From NCBI GenBank assembly GCA_965224705.1, contig OZ245056.1, forward strand, positions 2,528,001 to 2,592,000: DNA of 64,000 nucleotides. The letters run 5' to 3'. Of this stretch, positions 28,789 through 39,422 are shown piece after piece. The notes under the pieces are model-generated. The model worked only from the letters and a program-made list of their open reading frames with translations, searched no databases and had not been told where the DNA came from. The stretch is from Spirochaetaceae bacterium. GTDB lineage: Bacteria > Spirochaetota > Spirochaetia > DSM-2461. The translations under genes and the position numbers were made by a program. Numbering within the stretch: the stretch's first letter is position 1; the number at the start of each line of letters is the position of its first letter.

Positions 28789-29618
28789 GCTTCATCCAGT
28801 GGTTCCCTGGTCATATGGCTGGAACCAGAAGACTCATATCGGAAAATCTCAAACGGGTTGACGTTGTTATTGAAGTTCTGGATGCCAGAGCCCCAGAAGC
28901 CAGCCGCAATCCCCTTCTTGAGCAAATAACCCGGTCCAAACCTCGATTGATTGTGCTGAATAAAGATGATCTGGCTGATTCAGCAGTAACAGCTCTCTGG
29001 GCAGAGGCGTTCAAAAAGAATGGGAAGGTTTTACCTGTAAGAGTCTCAGGCAGGCAGAAAAAAAGCTTATCCTCCATTCCTCCGGTATGCAGGAAGCTTT
29101 GCGAGGGAAAGTCCTGGCTGGCTCGCCGCCCCGTCAGGGCCTTGATTGTCGGTATACCCAATGTGGGTAAATCAACCATTATCAATGGACTGGCAGGGAG
29201 AAGGAAGGCTGAAGCCGGAGCAACTCCCGGCCTCACACGCCAGCTAAACCGTATCCCTGTAAGCCGTCAGTTTGAGTTATTTGATACACCGGGTTTACTC
29301 TGGCATAAGTTTGAGAACCCGCAGACAGGTATCGTACTATCGGCTCTGGGAGCTATCAAGGAAACAGTTCTGCCGGAAGAAGAAGTCACCAGAAAAATTC
29401 TTGTTTACCTGGCGCAGCACTACCCGAAATCTCTTGCCGATCGCTATAAACTGCCTGATATACCGGAAGATTCCTATGAACTGCTGGATCTTATTGGCCG
29501 AAAGCGCGGTTGCATTACAACTGGAGAGATTGTTGATCTTCCACGCATCTGTCAGATGGTTCTCAAAGACATCCGGGAAGGAAAATTCGGGTGCATCAGT
29601 CTGGAGAGGCCCGATTAA
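28785..29618 (+). CDS. rbgA: Ribosome biogenesis GTPase YlqF/RbgA
   Basis: IQWFPGHM, DARAP, NKDD, GIPNVGKST, DTPG. Confidence 0.95.
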   Translation: MSFIQWFPGHMAGTRRLISENLKRVDVVIEVLDARAPEASRNPLLEQITRSKPRLIVLNKDDLADSAVTALWAEAFKKNGKVLPVRVSGRQKKSLSSIPPVCRKLCEGKSWLARRPVRALIVGIPNVGKSTIINGLAGRRKAEAGATPGLTRQLNRIPVSRQFELFDTPGLLWHKFENPQTGIVLSALGAIKETVLPEEEVTRKILVYLAQHYPKSLADRYKLPDIPEDSYELLDLIGRKRGCITTGEIVDLPRICQMVLKDIREGKFGCISLERPD

Positions 29619-29629
29619 AGGGACTGGAA

Positions 29630-30640
29630 TCAGGGTTCTGGTCTTGCCAGTACCTTCCATTCTCCATCTGTATCCAGTCCCACAAGAAACACAAGGAAAT
29701 CGACTCCACTCAAGTCGATATGATTCATGTTATTCTCATTTCCCATAAATAAATACATATCCATACCCGGAGACCATTCCCTTGAAATATCGAACCATTC
29801 CGGGAACATATCGGAGTACGTCTCCATAGAGTATATCCTGTAGATGAAATGCTTTCTGTAATCCTGAATGGTTGATATGCCGGGAATACCTGATGGAAGG
29901 GGAAGGCTGTATTTCTGTCTTGAGCTGCCATCGTCAAGAATGTGTATTGTATCATTTTGTGAACGGTAGTATTCGGTTAGATCACCTGTAATACAGGAAT
30001 CAATAAATGAAAGTGAGAATTCCATGGCTGCCTGGGGGCCTGTATTAAAGGGCTGAGGACGATTGTTTTCGGAGTTGATCACTGGTGCCCGGGTGTAGGC
30101 CAGTTGTACAGAGGATCCTTCATGACCGGGTCGAATTGATTTTGCCTGTACCTCCCAGGCTTCCATCGATATGGCATAGATGGTTCCCTGGAGGGGTGTT
30201 CGGGGAGATGCAATCAGTTTTGCTTCAACGATACTGCGATCCCCTGAGTCAACCAATCGTCTGAGATCCTCAAACCAATTACTGTATGAATCATTTTCTT
30301 TCTGAACACTCTGGGCCCAGTCGTGTGTGAATAGTGAGGTGCCTGCCTGATTGAAAATCCTGACCTGGAGTGTAACAGGTCCACCTGAACTCTGGTGTTC
30401 ATAGCGGCTGCGAAGCCGCCAGATCCTGGTTGACTTCTTATTTGTGGAATGAGTCTTCACGGTATCCCAGTCGATGACGGCAATAGTGGTCCAACCCCTG
30501 GAGCTGTCCAGAATCACTGGAGGAGTTTCTGGTCCGCCGAATATTGTCAGTGTATCAGCAAGAGTATTCTGGGAATTGTCTGCATGGATTTGAAAAACTG
30601 ATATCAGGATCAGCAGCAGTAAAGGGAAGCGATAAATCAT
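29630..30640 (-). CDS. Hypothetical exported protein
   Basis: Signal peptide MIYRFPLLLLILISVFQIHA. Confidence 0.75.
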   Translation of the reverse strand: MIYRFPLLLLILISVFQIHADNSQNTLADTLTIFGGPETPPVILDSSRGWTTIAVIDWDTVKTHSTNKKSTRIWRLRSRYEHQSSGGPVTLQVRIFNQAGTSLFTHDWAQSVQKENDSYSNWFEDLRRLVDSGDRSIVEAKLIASPRTPLQGTIYAISMEAWEVQAKSIRPGHEGSSVQLAYTRAPVINSENNRPQPFNTGPQAAMEFSLSFIDSCITGDLTEYYRSQNDTIHILDDGSSRQKYSLPLPSGIPGISTIQDYRKHFIYRIYSMETYSDMFPEWFDISREWSPGMDMYLFMGNENNMNHIDLSGVDFLVFLVGLDTDGEWKVLARPEP

Positions 30641-30706
30641 TGAATACCTCAATGAAAATATCGACATTCAGATATTATTTTGTTAGCCTGATTTACAGGC
30701 TCCCAG

Positions 30707-30867
30707 GAGTCTGTCGGGTTTTAAGGCTTCGAGGCGATTTTTGATGATTTTTTCCTGATGCAAGGCGACAAAAACGGAGCGTAGCTGGGCTACGTGAGTA
30801 TTTTGGCAACACAGCAGCAGATAAAAAGGGCAAAAATCGAGCCGTGAGACGTAAATCCGACAGGCTC
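30707..30867 (-). mobile_element. MITE family 1, copy 3 (161 bp)
   Basis: TIRs present; flanks CCAG/CTAA; abuts pbpC stop codon; remnant end ACAGGCTC at 30695-30702. Confidence 0.9.
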
Positions 30868-33162
30868 CTAAAGTTCCATGAGAACCGTCACACTCCGCTC
30901 CTGAGATAGGCCCTGGTCATCAAGCAGAATCAGATCATATTGACCGGGGGAAGGAGTCCATATCAGTGTTTCTTCCGGTTGGGTTTTTCCAAGAAAAATT
31001 CCATTGGCAAACCAGAATATCTCATTGACCTCTCCATCAACTGCTCCCATCAATGGAATTTTCCCGAAACGATCCAATTCGGGTCTGAGGATGTAGGTTG
31101 CCCTGGCGACGGGAGAAAGAATGGTTGGCTGAATCATCCTCCTGTCCGTATGGATTCCCTTATCTTCAAATGGGGGCGGTACGGGCCTGGGGATTCCTGC
31201 TTCCCGAAATAATTTGAGGAGATCAGAAGGCCATACCTCACGGACAATCATTTTTGTACCTGCTCCCTCAGTTCTCACTCTCAAACCTGTTTCTTCATCG
31301 ATCCAGAAAGGTCTGTGAATCCCGCACAGTTTAGCCGGTGAAATGCCGGGCATGAAAAGGGCCTGTTCCAGATGTTGGCAGTACTTTCCAGGAATGGATC
31401 CGGATATGGCACAGACCTCAATAATGCTTACCCCGGGCACAAATTTCAGACGGAAATTCTTAACTCTGCTTTCGAGGAGTTTGGTCATATCAAAAAGAAA
31501 GGGAGCCGCAATACTTCTTCCCAGAAAGGCCGGGTTTCCCTCTCCACTGAAATTCCCAATCCAGACAGCCATCACATAGGGGCCATGGAGACCAATGCTC
31601 CAGGCATCCTTGAATCCGATGGAAGTTCCCGTTTTCCAGGCCGCAGGTACTTCTTTACCGACAGGATTCCAACTCTCAGATATGGGGAATTCTTTTTCAG
31701 GGGAAGGATTCCGTTCCAGAATAAGCCGTATGACTCGAGATGCCTGGGGGCTCATTATATTTTTTTCAGGAAAAGATTTAAGTACTCGATCCCTTCCAAT
31801 TAAAATGTCTTTGAGTCTTCCTTCGTTTCCTATGGCAGCATAGAGTCCTGCCAGTTCAAGCATGGTTAATTCGGCCGTTCCCAAAACGATGGAAAGTCCA
31901 TAATGATTCTTCTCCTTCAGTTCTCCCACTTCTGCCAGGGCAAGAAGGTCGTGGAGGTCTAAATCGTGGAGATTGGAATTGAGTTCCACAGCGGGGATAT
32001 TCCGGCTGTTAACCAATGCGGCCCATACGGGAACAGGTCCATGAAAATCTTCTTTGTAGTTATCGGGTGTGTAGGAACTGAAGCTTACCGGCCGGTCATG
32101 GAGAATGGAATTGGAATGGATCAAACCCTGGTCGAGTCCCTGTCCGTAAATGAATGGCTTGAGGGTTGAACCGGGTGAACGCCGTGAATTTGTACCGTTC
32201 ACCATGCCCTGAATGGATTCATCAAAGAAATCAGCCGAACCGATCATTGCAAGAAGCTCCATCGTCTGGTAATTGAGAACAAGGGCAGCTCCATTTTTCA
32301 CTCCCCTGTCAGAATTTCTTGCTACATAAGACTTCAGCCGGGTATGGATTTCCCTCTGTAAATCCCAGTCAATACTTGTAATCATTCCTTCTTTTTCGGT
32401 GAACTTTGTTCTGAGAAGCTCTGTCAGGTGGGGAGTTTTGTATCGGGGCTCTGGATGTATGACAGGAAGCAGTTCTAAATGGAAAATTCTCTCTTCCCTG
32501 CCGGAATAGACGGATTTCCATCGTTCATGAAGCCGGTTTCTTGCCATAAGAATTTCGCTGTGATTCTCAGCATTTCGGGGATTTCTGTCCTGTGGATTCT
32601 GTGGAAGTATGCAGAGCATCATCATTTCACCAAGATTCAGCTCATCCAGTGAACGGCTGAAATAATGAAGGGAGGCCGCCGGGAAGCCCTGAATATTCCC
32701 CCCGCAGGGAACCAGGTTGAGGTAGGTTTCGAGAATCTCTTGTTTTGAATGAAATAGATCCATGTACAGGGCATGGAGAATCTGATTGATCTTTCCGGGT
32801 ATGCTTTGAGTGTTCAATCCATAGTAGAGACGAGCCAGCTGCATTGTAATTGTTGAACCTCCCATTCGCCGATTCCTGATTACATAGGTCTGGTAGAATC
32901 CCCTGAGCAGGGAAACTGGATTAACTCCCGGATGCAGATGGAAATATCTGTCTTCCTGGAGAAGTATTATTGAAATAAAATTCCGGGGATATGAAGATAT
33001 ATGGGTGTAATAGCGGTACTGTTCATCGCTGGCGGGATACATCCCCAGAAGATTGTTCTGACGGGAGAAATAAACCTTTGAAAATGGAATCTTATCGTGC
33101 AGCGGTTTGATGCGCATCACGAACAGAGCAGGAACCAGGAGCAGGAGGGGCAGAGTCAGCAT
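30868..33162 (-). CDS. pbpC: Penicillin-binding protein 1C
   Basis: EDRYF, GGSTITMQL, GSTLKP, SRN, KTGT; downstream of alpha-2-macroglobulin. Confidence 0.95.
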   Translation of the reverse strand: MLTLPLLLLVPALFVMRIKPLHDKIPFSKVYFSRQNNLLGMYPASDEQYRYYTHISSYPRNFISIILLQEDRYFHLHPGVNPVSLLRGFYQTYVIRNRRMGGSTITMQLARLYYGLNTQSIPGKINQILHALYMDLFHSKQEILETYLNLVPCGGNIQGFPAASLHYFSRSLDELNLGEMMMLCILPQNPQDRNPRNAENHSEILMARNRLHERWKSVYSGREERIFHLELLPVIHPEPRYKTPHLTELLRTKFTEKEGMITSIDWDLQREIHTRLKSYVARNSDRGVKNGAALVLNYQTMELLAMIGSADFFDESIQGMVNGTNSRRSPGSTLKPFIYGQGLDQGLIHSNSILHDRPVSFSSYTPDNYKEDFHGPVPVWAALVNSRNIPAVELNSNLHDLDLHDLLALAEVGELKEKNHYGLSIVLGTAELTMLELAGLYAAIGNEGRLKDILIGRDRVLKSFPEKNIMSPQASRVIRLILERNPSPEKEFPISESWNPVGKEVPAAWKTGTSIGFKDAWSIGLHGPYVMAVWIGNFSGEGNPAFLGRSIAAPFLFDMTKLLESRVKNFRLKFVPGVSIIEVCAISGSIPGKYCQHLEQALFMPGISPAKLCGIHRPFWIDEETGLRVRTEGAGTKMIVREVWPSDLLKLFREAGIPRPVPPPFEDKGIHTDRRMIQPTILSPVARATYILRPELDRFGKIPLMGAVDGEVNEIFWFANGIFLGKTQPEETLIWTPSPGQYDLILLDDQGLSQERSVTVLMEL

Positions 33163-33210
33163 CCATCTTCTTGAATTCCTCCTTGTAATACGGATTTTCC
33201 CTCCCAGAAC

Positions 33211-36200
33211 CTACTCCTTTACAGTTATCTCCGAACTTCTCTGCATGGCCCATATCTTATTGTCGTACATGGCTTCCGCAAAGAGGGGCGGTACCTTGAA
33301 TTGACCCGAATAAACAGATCGCACGGGGTAGGTGAAGGTAGTCAGTCTATTTTCTGCCGTTCCATAGAATACAAGTCGATCTTCCCGAATTTCAACATGA
33401 TCTGGCTGGAATGTTGAGCTTTCCCCTCCTCTCTGGTCAACCAGTGCACGAATTCTATCCTGTATCGGTTCCAGGCAGGCGGGTAGAAGATCAACAATGG
33501 CAACATCAGGAATATCCTCCCCCATGAGTGATCGTATGCTGATCTTCACAAAACAGATCTCTCCAGGTTCCAGCTCTTTGACAGGCTTCAAATCCTCACC
33601 AAGGAACTCACGCAGGATTTCTATTCCTTCCGAAATCTCTTCTTCTGGAGTCTCCCGGTCGAATCCTCCCTGGATAATCTGGTAATACAATGGCTCCTCA
33701 TTTTTGTTTGATATACTGATTGTCTGAGCGGTGGGACTGAAATCGGTGCTTTTGAGAACTTCACCGCTCAGGGAGAGCGTATTCCTGTCCTGATTTTCAA
33801 GATATTCCATTATCTCCATGGCCCGGGTATCAATCCTGTCTACGGCATCAACATAGGCCTGAATGGCTACAAGAGCCAGGGAAGCGGAGTAAGTGCTGAA
33901 ATGGTTTGCACTGATCTCAAGGGATAGAGCGTTGAGCAATTCACTGGATACCCTGCCGAGACCTCCCTTATCGTAGCTGGATAGTACCCAGAGATACTGA
34001 CTCAGATAGCTGAGTCTATCGTTGTAGCCATTGGCAAAATCACTTTCCTCAGGATTTATTCTCACGTTTCTCAGAATAGCTGCCGCCTGGCTTTTCATCT
34101 GGAGCAGACTGTAGCTTGAGGCCAGATAAAGACCGATCAGATCGGACTTCCACTCAGTGTCTTCTGCTTTCAGATCCGCCCTTATTTCTTCAATAAAACG
34201 GGTTGTTACAGTTCCTGAAAGGGTGAGAAGAAAGGTGGCAAAAGCTCTCAGCCGCATATCTTCAATACCTGTCTCTTTAATAGATGCAATTTCTTCAACT
34301 CTACTGGCTGCATGTTCAAAGGTGAACCGGGGAACATGGAATCCATTTCTTTCGGATTCAAGCAGGAAATGAAAGGAATGAAGATCGATCAGAGGATCCG
34401 GTGGAGACTTGATGGTCCACGTTCCAAACCCGCCTGAATCCTGCTGTCTTGCCTGCATTATTGACATGGTGGAGGAATACTGCTTTGCAGCTTCCTCCCG
34501 GTCGATGTTGAGATTTTTAATCAGACCACTGTAGAGCAGGGGAAAGGTTTTACTTATCAGTTGCTCTGTGCAGATGTAGGAGTATTCACTCAGATAGTAA
34601 TTCAGTCCTCCGGCCAGTCCGATGGGGAGGTAGGACGCTGAAACTTCCAGTTTTCTGAAATCAGGATACATCCTTCGGTTTATGGGGATTTCGTCGCCTC
34701 CCTGTTTGCTGACTCCGCTAATAATTGTTGTCCGGAAGGGAACCAGGGGTCTGACACTCAGGGAGTGAATCATTGAGGAACTCTTTCCGCCGGACGATGC
34801 ATTGACAGTTAGATCCTTTGAGCCCGGCATATCACCCACTTCAACTGGAAACTTCACCACTTCGTCCCTGCCTTCGGGGATAATGACTGTCCTGCTGGTC
34901 TCGGGAATTATGAGACCCTTACTCCCTTTCAGCGTAACAATAACTTCGGCATTCTCGCCTGATCCTTCAAGGTTATTGGACACCGTTGCCTGGAATGAGA
35001 AGCGATCTCCCCCTGCCGCAGCCAGGGGGGCTGAAGGTTGAATAACAAAGGTTGAACGGGCCAGGGTTGATTCACTTCTGGATCCCACCGCGTCCTTTGA
35101 GACACAAACAGCCATAATCCTCAATGAACCATTGAAGTAATCTGGAACTTTGTAGCTGACGGATCGGGTTTGAGGGCTGGATTCAAGAATTCCGGACCAG
35201 AATACAACAGGGGCCTGATTCTTCTTCTTGAATGGGTTGAGATTGTTGTTGATCAGCATTTCAGCGCTCATACCTCCTCCCGCAGCCGAAAACCGTTTCA
35301 CTATCGAGTAATCGGGCAGAATCAAATCAAGTATCTGGGCGGTGTTCACTTCAAGTGCTCTCTTTTTGAAGAAATAGGCCAGGGGATCGGGAGTCGTGTA
35401 GCGGCCAACCTGCAGTATTCCTTCATCAACGGCATATATAATGATCCTTCCCCTCCTGTTTGAGGAGTAATCGATCTTCAATTCCTTACCCGGCTCGATT
35501 AAGTCGGGGTAATCAAGGGAAATACTCTGAGTTCTTTTTTCCCTGTCAAGAAAAAAAGGAACCGATCCACTGGAAAGAGGAGACATGAAAATATCCGTTG
35601 AATCGGGGGCTCGGACACAGACGACGGACACATAGGCATTTCCCTCAAAGCTGTTTGCAGGTATCTCTATCGTCTGAACAGTTGAGGTGGAATCAGTTTT
35701 GAACCACTTGTATGTGTACACCTTATCAGCTTCGATGGTAATCAATCCGGCCCCGGGATAGGGGGCGTTGATTGAGACTTCAATCAACTCGCCCTCTTTA
35801 TAGTCGTTCTTATTGAGTTTTATTTCCAATTCAGCTGATCGGTTCAAGGATCGTGCGAAGTCGATTTCACCGGCAACTGTATAGTCGAATTGGGCAGTAA
35901 CATCCCCATCTTCATTAAGAATTTCGGCAGAGTAATTCCCCGGTTCCGAGGTATTCAGGGGGAGTATTGTTCCCTCTGAGTCAATGGAAATGGGAGTGCT
36001 TGTTATGGGCTGTTCCTTTTCTACTGACTGGTATTTGAACACTCCGTCAGGCTGTTTCACCAGAGTTGTGATGAACTTCCTGCTTTTAAGGGCAAGAGTC
36101 ATTCCTTTCAGCGAAATCTTTTCCAGTTCAGGATTGATGGCGATGAGTTCAACATTCCTCTCACTTCCTTTATGGATGAAGGAAAGATCTCCATCAGCTT

Positions 36201-38967
36201 GATAGCCAATCAGGAATCTGGAGGGCGAAACCAGTATCTCTGCCCCTGATTCAACACTTCTGCCGCCTGCTTTTTCATAGACACTTACGCTGAGATTCAG
36301 CCTGTAAGTCCTTTTTTCAAATCTCGCCAATGAAAGGGGGAGGGTGACAGCTCCTTCATCATCCGTGCTGAAGTCAGGCAGTTCTTTGTTGTAGGCAATC
36401 GGTTGTTTCCCGGGTTCGAGAAAATGGTAGTCTCTATACTGCTGAAAGTGAACCGGGGTGGAATTGAGGCTGAATCTGGAGCTTACTCTGTGGTCGGAGG
36501 CTGGTATTCCATGGAGATTTCTAACGGTTACAGAAGCTTCAAGTTTCTCCGGCAGAACCCAGCCTGTGGATGAAGGGAGGATGGATGTGAGCACCATCAA
36601 TCTGTCGGGGAGAAATTCCTCCACTGAAATCGTATCACCACCAAGAAAAAGATCACCTCTTTCTTCCCGAACCAGGTAGAGATCCAATGCATATCGGCCT
36701 GTGGGAGAAAAATCCTGTGTTACAAAGCTAAATTCACTGAATCCATCGGCCGAAAGGGATATTTTCTTCTCATAGATGAGCAGTCCTGCAGGATCTATGA
36801 CTCTCAGAATCAGTGGAGTTCCCTGAATATTGGTCTCCCAGCGTCCTGCCTTAACGATAATCGCTCCGTTTATCTGATCTCCGGGACGATAAATCCCTCT
36901 GTCCGAGAAGACCTGGGCTGTAATTTTCTTCGGATCTCCTGCCCCATAAATACCTCCTGTATCGAAGTTGCTGTAATCAAGGAATTGTCCTGGAGACTCG
37001 TATGGCAGGAAGGAAAGATCGTTTCCAATAGTGGCAACGATGGCCATGGGCTGGTTCTCATCATTGGAGAATTCAAAGTAGGGGAAGGTTGTGTGACCCC
37101 CATTATTGCTGAACCTGGTGGTTAATGGTATGCCGTTTTTTCCCAGTATCTGCACCTGAACTCCTGCAAGTGGTCTGCCTGCTGCAATTGACTGAATAAA
37201 CACATCCTTTCTACCTTCTCTGCCGGTTTTTACAAGGAGTCCCAGATCAGAGACTATGATGAGCCGACGATCCAGTGCCTGAAAATCATCCTCACCCCCG
37301 ATATCCACGACTCCCACCTCAATTGAAAACAGACCATAACGGAGGTGTTCTTCAGGAATTGTGGCAAGGTATTGGGTCATATCAATTGAAAAATAGTTAA
37401 CCTCACCTGCCGCAGTTGAATTGAATATCCGGGACCCTTTGTAAGTTCTGGATATGTTTTCTACATTGAAGCGATGGCTGTAATAGCGGAGATTTCTGAT
37501 GCTGCCATTGGACTGGCTCACCAGATGGTTGATGTCGTCAGGAATGATTCTATGTATTCTGTAATGAACCCTGTCAATTCCCCGGGTGAACAGGGAAAGC
37601 TTTTTGCTTCCCGACATGGAAAGAACATTGCCTTCTGTAACAAAAGAAACTTCTTTCGGGTATTCCTTAACCGTTAAAACCGTCTCATAATCCGATGCCA
37701 GATGATACCCTCCATAGAAGGGTGTTCCACTTCCAATTCTCACATAAAGGTATTTCTCAGGATCATTGCGAGGTGTTACATCGATGGCGAAGCTGTTGAG
37801 ACTTGTGTAATCCACTTCGGTTGGCAGAGGGATACCGTCTACTTTTCTGGAAAGCTCAAGCACCTCATCAGTAATCAGATCTATAGTGTTCCATCCCCAT
37901 CTGATATCTTTCTGTCCCTTCAATCCGGGAAGATCGGGGAGATCTCTGGGTAATTCCCATATTTCCATATTTCGGGCAAGTTCTGCTCCTGAGATATCAC
38001 CTTTCGTTTCCACTATAATGTACTGATTGTAAATCTGGTTTTCATCCTTCAGAAGCTTGAAATCAATACCCTTTATTTCCACAAAACTGGTCAGTCCTGA
38101 GATGGTCAGAGTTCTGGTCAGTTTTTCAGCAGTACTGGAGTTTTTTCTTGAATTGAGAACGCCCTTTTTGATTTCAATCACCATTTCCACATCGTCCAGC
38201 GGGATTTCAATCGGTTCGGAAACGATGTAGACCGTTCTGGCGTTATCCTCAAATACCAGATTGAAGTTGTAATCTCTATTAATCAATCGACCAGAATCTT
38301 TTTTTAAATCAGGGAATATCCGTATATACTCATTCAAGGTTGATGTATCAATTGAATAATTAGATTTCAGGGTTGCCAATACCCGTTTTATTTTTTCATC
38401 TGTTGGATCAATGTAATAAGTTGGGTCTTCCATTTCTATCTGAATACCCACCGTTGAGAATTCAAACTGGCGAGACTTCACTCTGATATGGGAAGGGAAG
38501 AGCTCTTTATCCATTGATATTTTGTATTTTTGTGCAATACCCCAGTTAACAGAAGGCTGGAAGAGAAGAGTCCTGTCATCATCCCATCTCCACTGTCCAT
38601 CAATGGATGGTTTTATACTGATTTTTCCACCTGCTTCCTTCTCCCTGCTTCCCATCAATGATGCAGAACCGCTGAATACTATTGTGAGGGGCTGAATTCT
38701 TTCTTCATCATCTATTTCGGGTGGAATGGGTGGAATGATTCTGTAGTCGACTGATATCAATTCGGGCTGTAAACTCTGCCAGAAGATTGTGCCTCCCCAG
38801 ATAAGAACTCCCAGGATTCCCACGATCCCTCCGGTAAAAAGGGTTCGGCGGGATATCTTTCTGGTGTTTTTAAGCAATGTCCTGATGTACTCCGGAGGAG
38901 TGTATCGCAGAGAACCAAAAATCTTTCTCATAGTGTTTTTAATGTTCGTTCTTTTTGTCTCAGCCAT
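33211..38967 (-). CDS. Bacterial alpha-2-macroglobulin
   Basis: SDRGIYRPG, VEEFLPDR, AVDEGIL, PDYFNGSLR, thioester CTEQ, REDR, AEAMYD. Confidence 0.95.
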   Translation of the reverse strand: MAETKRTNIKNTMRKIFGSLRYTPPEYIRTLLKNTRKISRRTLFTGGIVGILGVLIWGGTIFWQSLQPELISVDYRIIPPIPPEIDDEERIQPLTIVFSGSASLMGSREKEAGGKISIKPSIDGQWRWDDDRTLLFQPSVNWGIAQKYKISMDKELFPSHIRVKSRQFEFSTVGIQIEMEDPTYYIDPTDEKIKRVLATLKSNYSIDTSTLNEYIRIFPDLKKDSGRLINRDYNFNLVFEDNARTVYIVSEPIEIPLDDVEMVIEIKKGVLNSRKNSSTAEKLTRTLTISGLTSFVEIKGIDFKLLKDENQIYNQYIIVETKGDISGAELARNMEIWELPRDLPDLPGLKGQKDIRWGWNTIDLITDEVLELSRKVDGIPLPTEVDYTSLNSFAIDVTPRNDPEKYLYVRIGSGTPFYGGYHLASDYETVLTVKEYPKEVSFVTEGNVLSMSGSKKLSLFTRGIDRVHYRIHRIIPDDINHLVSQSNGSIRNLRYYSHRFNVENISRTYKGSRIFNSTAAGEVNYFSIDMTQYLATIPEEHLRYGLFSIEVGVVDIGGEDDFQALDRRLIIVSDLGLLVKTGREGRKDVFIQSIAAGRPLAGVQVQILGKNGIPLTTRFSNNGGHTTFPYFEFSNDENQPMAIVATIGNDLSFLPYESPGQFLDYSNFDTGGIYGAGDPKKITAQVFSDRGIYRPGDQINGAIIVKAGRWETNIQGTPLILRVIDPAGLLIYEKKISLSADGFSEFSFVTQDFSPTGRYALDLYLVREERGDLFLGGDTISVEEFLPDRLMVLTSILPSSTGWVLPEKLEASVTVRNLHGIPASDHRVSSRFSLNSTPVHFQQYRDYHFLEPGKQPIAYNKELPDFSTDDEGAVTLPLSLARFEKRTYRLNLSVSVYEKAGGRSVESGAEILVSPSRFLIGYQADGDLSFIHKGSERNVELIAINPELEKISLKGMTLALKSRKFITTLVKQPDGVFKYQSVEKEQPITSTPISIDSEGTILPLNTSEPGNYSAEILNEDGDVTAQFDYTVAGEIDFARSLNRSAELEIKLNKNDYKEGELIEVSINAPYPGAGLITIEADKVYTYKWFKTDSTSTVQTIEIPANSFEGNAYVSVVCVRAPDSTDIFMSPLSSGSVPFFLDREKRTQSISLDYPDLIEPGKELKIDYSSNRRGRIIIYAVDEGILQVGRYTTPDPLAYFFKKRALEVNTAQILDLILPDYSIVKRFSAAGGGMSAEMLINNNLNPFKKKNQAPVVFWSGILESSPQTRSVSYKVPDYFNGSLRIMAVCVSKDAVGSRSESTLARSTFVIQPSAPLAAAGGDRFSFQATVSNNLEGSGENAEVIVTLKGSKGLIIPETSRTVIIPEGRDEVVKFPVEVGDMPGSKDLTVNASSGGKSSSMIHSLSVRPLVPFRTTIISGVSKQGGDEIPINRRMYPDFRKLEVSASYLPIGLAGGLNYYLSEYSYICTEQLISKTFPLLYSGLIKNLNIDREEAAKQYSSTMSIMQARQQDSGGFGTWTIKSPPDPLIDLHSFHFLLESERNGFHVPRFTFEHAASRVEEIASIKETGIEDMRLRAFATFLLTLSGTVTTRFIEEIRADLKAEDTEWKSDLIGLYLASSYSLLQMKSQAAAILRNVRINPEESDFANGYNDRLSYLSQYLWVLSSYDKGGLGRVSSELLNALSLEISANHFSTYSASLALVAIQAYVDAVDRIDTRAMEIMEYLENQDRNTLSLSGEVLKSTDFSPTAQTISISNKNEEPLYYQIIQGGFDRETPEEEISEGIEILREFLGEDLKPVKELEPGEICFVKISIRSLMGEDIPDVAIVDLLPACLEPIQDRIRALVDQRGGESSTFQPDHVEIREDRLVFYGTAENRLTTFTYPVRSVYSGQFKVPPLFAEAMYDNKIWAMQRSSEITVKE

Positions 38968-38988
38968 ATGATCCCATACTGGAAATTA

Positions 38989-39395
38989 TACAGTGTCAGG
39001 AAGCTTGTTATAACCTGGTTTCATTTGAATTCGGTTGGATGAAGATCCTTGCCCAATATAGTAATTCAATACTCATTGATCGCTGAAATTCAGCGAATTA
39101 GTCATCTGGAATGCTGAGAAGTCTCTCCGGTAAGATGTTTTGTAAATGGTTTTCCATAATATATTAATTCATATGATGGAAGAGATTATTTCATTTAACA
39201 GGCTTCCTGACACCGCTCTCTGAGTCTGTCGGACTTTAAGACTTCGAGGCGATTTTTGATGATTTTTCCCTGATGCAAGGCGACGAAAACGGAGCGTAGC
39301 TGGGCTACGTGAGTATTTTGGCAACGCAGCAGCAGGGAAAAAGGGCAAAAATCGAGCCGTGAGGCGTAAGTCCGACAGACTCCTCTGACACTGTA
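38989..39395. mobile_element. MITE family 2, copy B, containing a nested family-1 copy
   Basis: Ends TACAGTGTCAG / CTGACACTGTA; inner IR 38993-39010 / 39196-39213 (17/18); 9-bp flanks TGGAAATTA/TGGAGATTA. Confidence 0.75.
39222..39382 (-). mobile_element. MITE family 1, copy 4 (161 bp)
   Basis: Perfect TIRs; CTCT/CTCT duplication. Confidence 0.92.
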
Positions 39396-39422
39396 TGGAG
39401 ATTACGTGATGGAGTCCAATGA

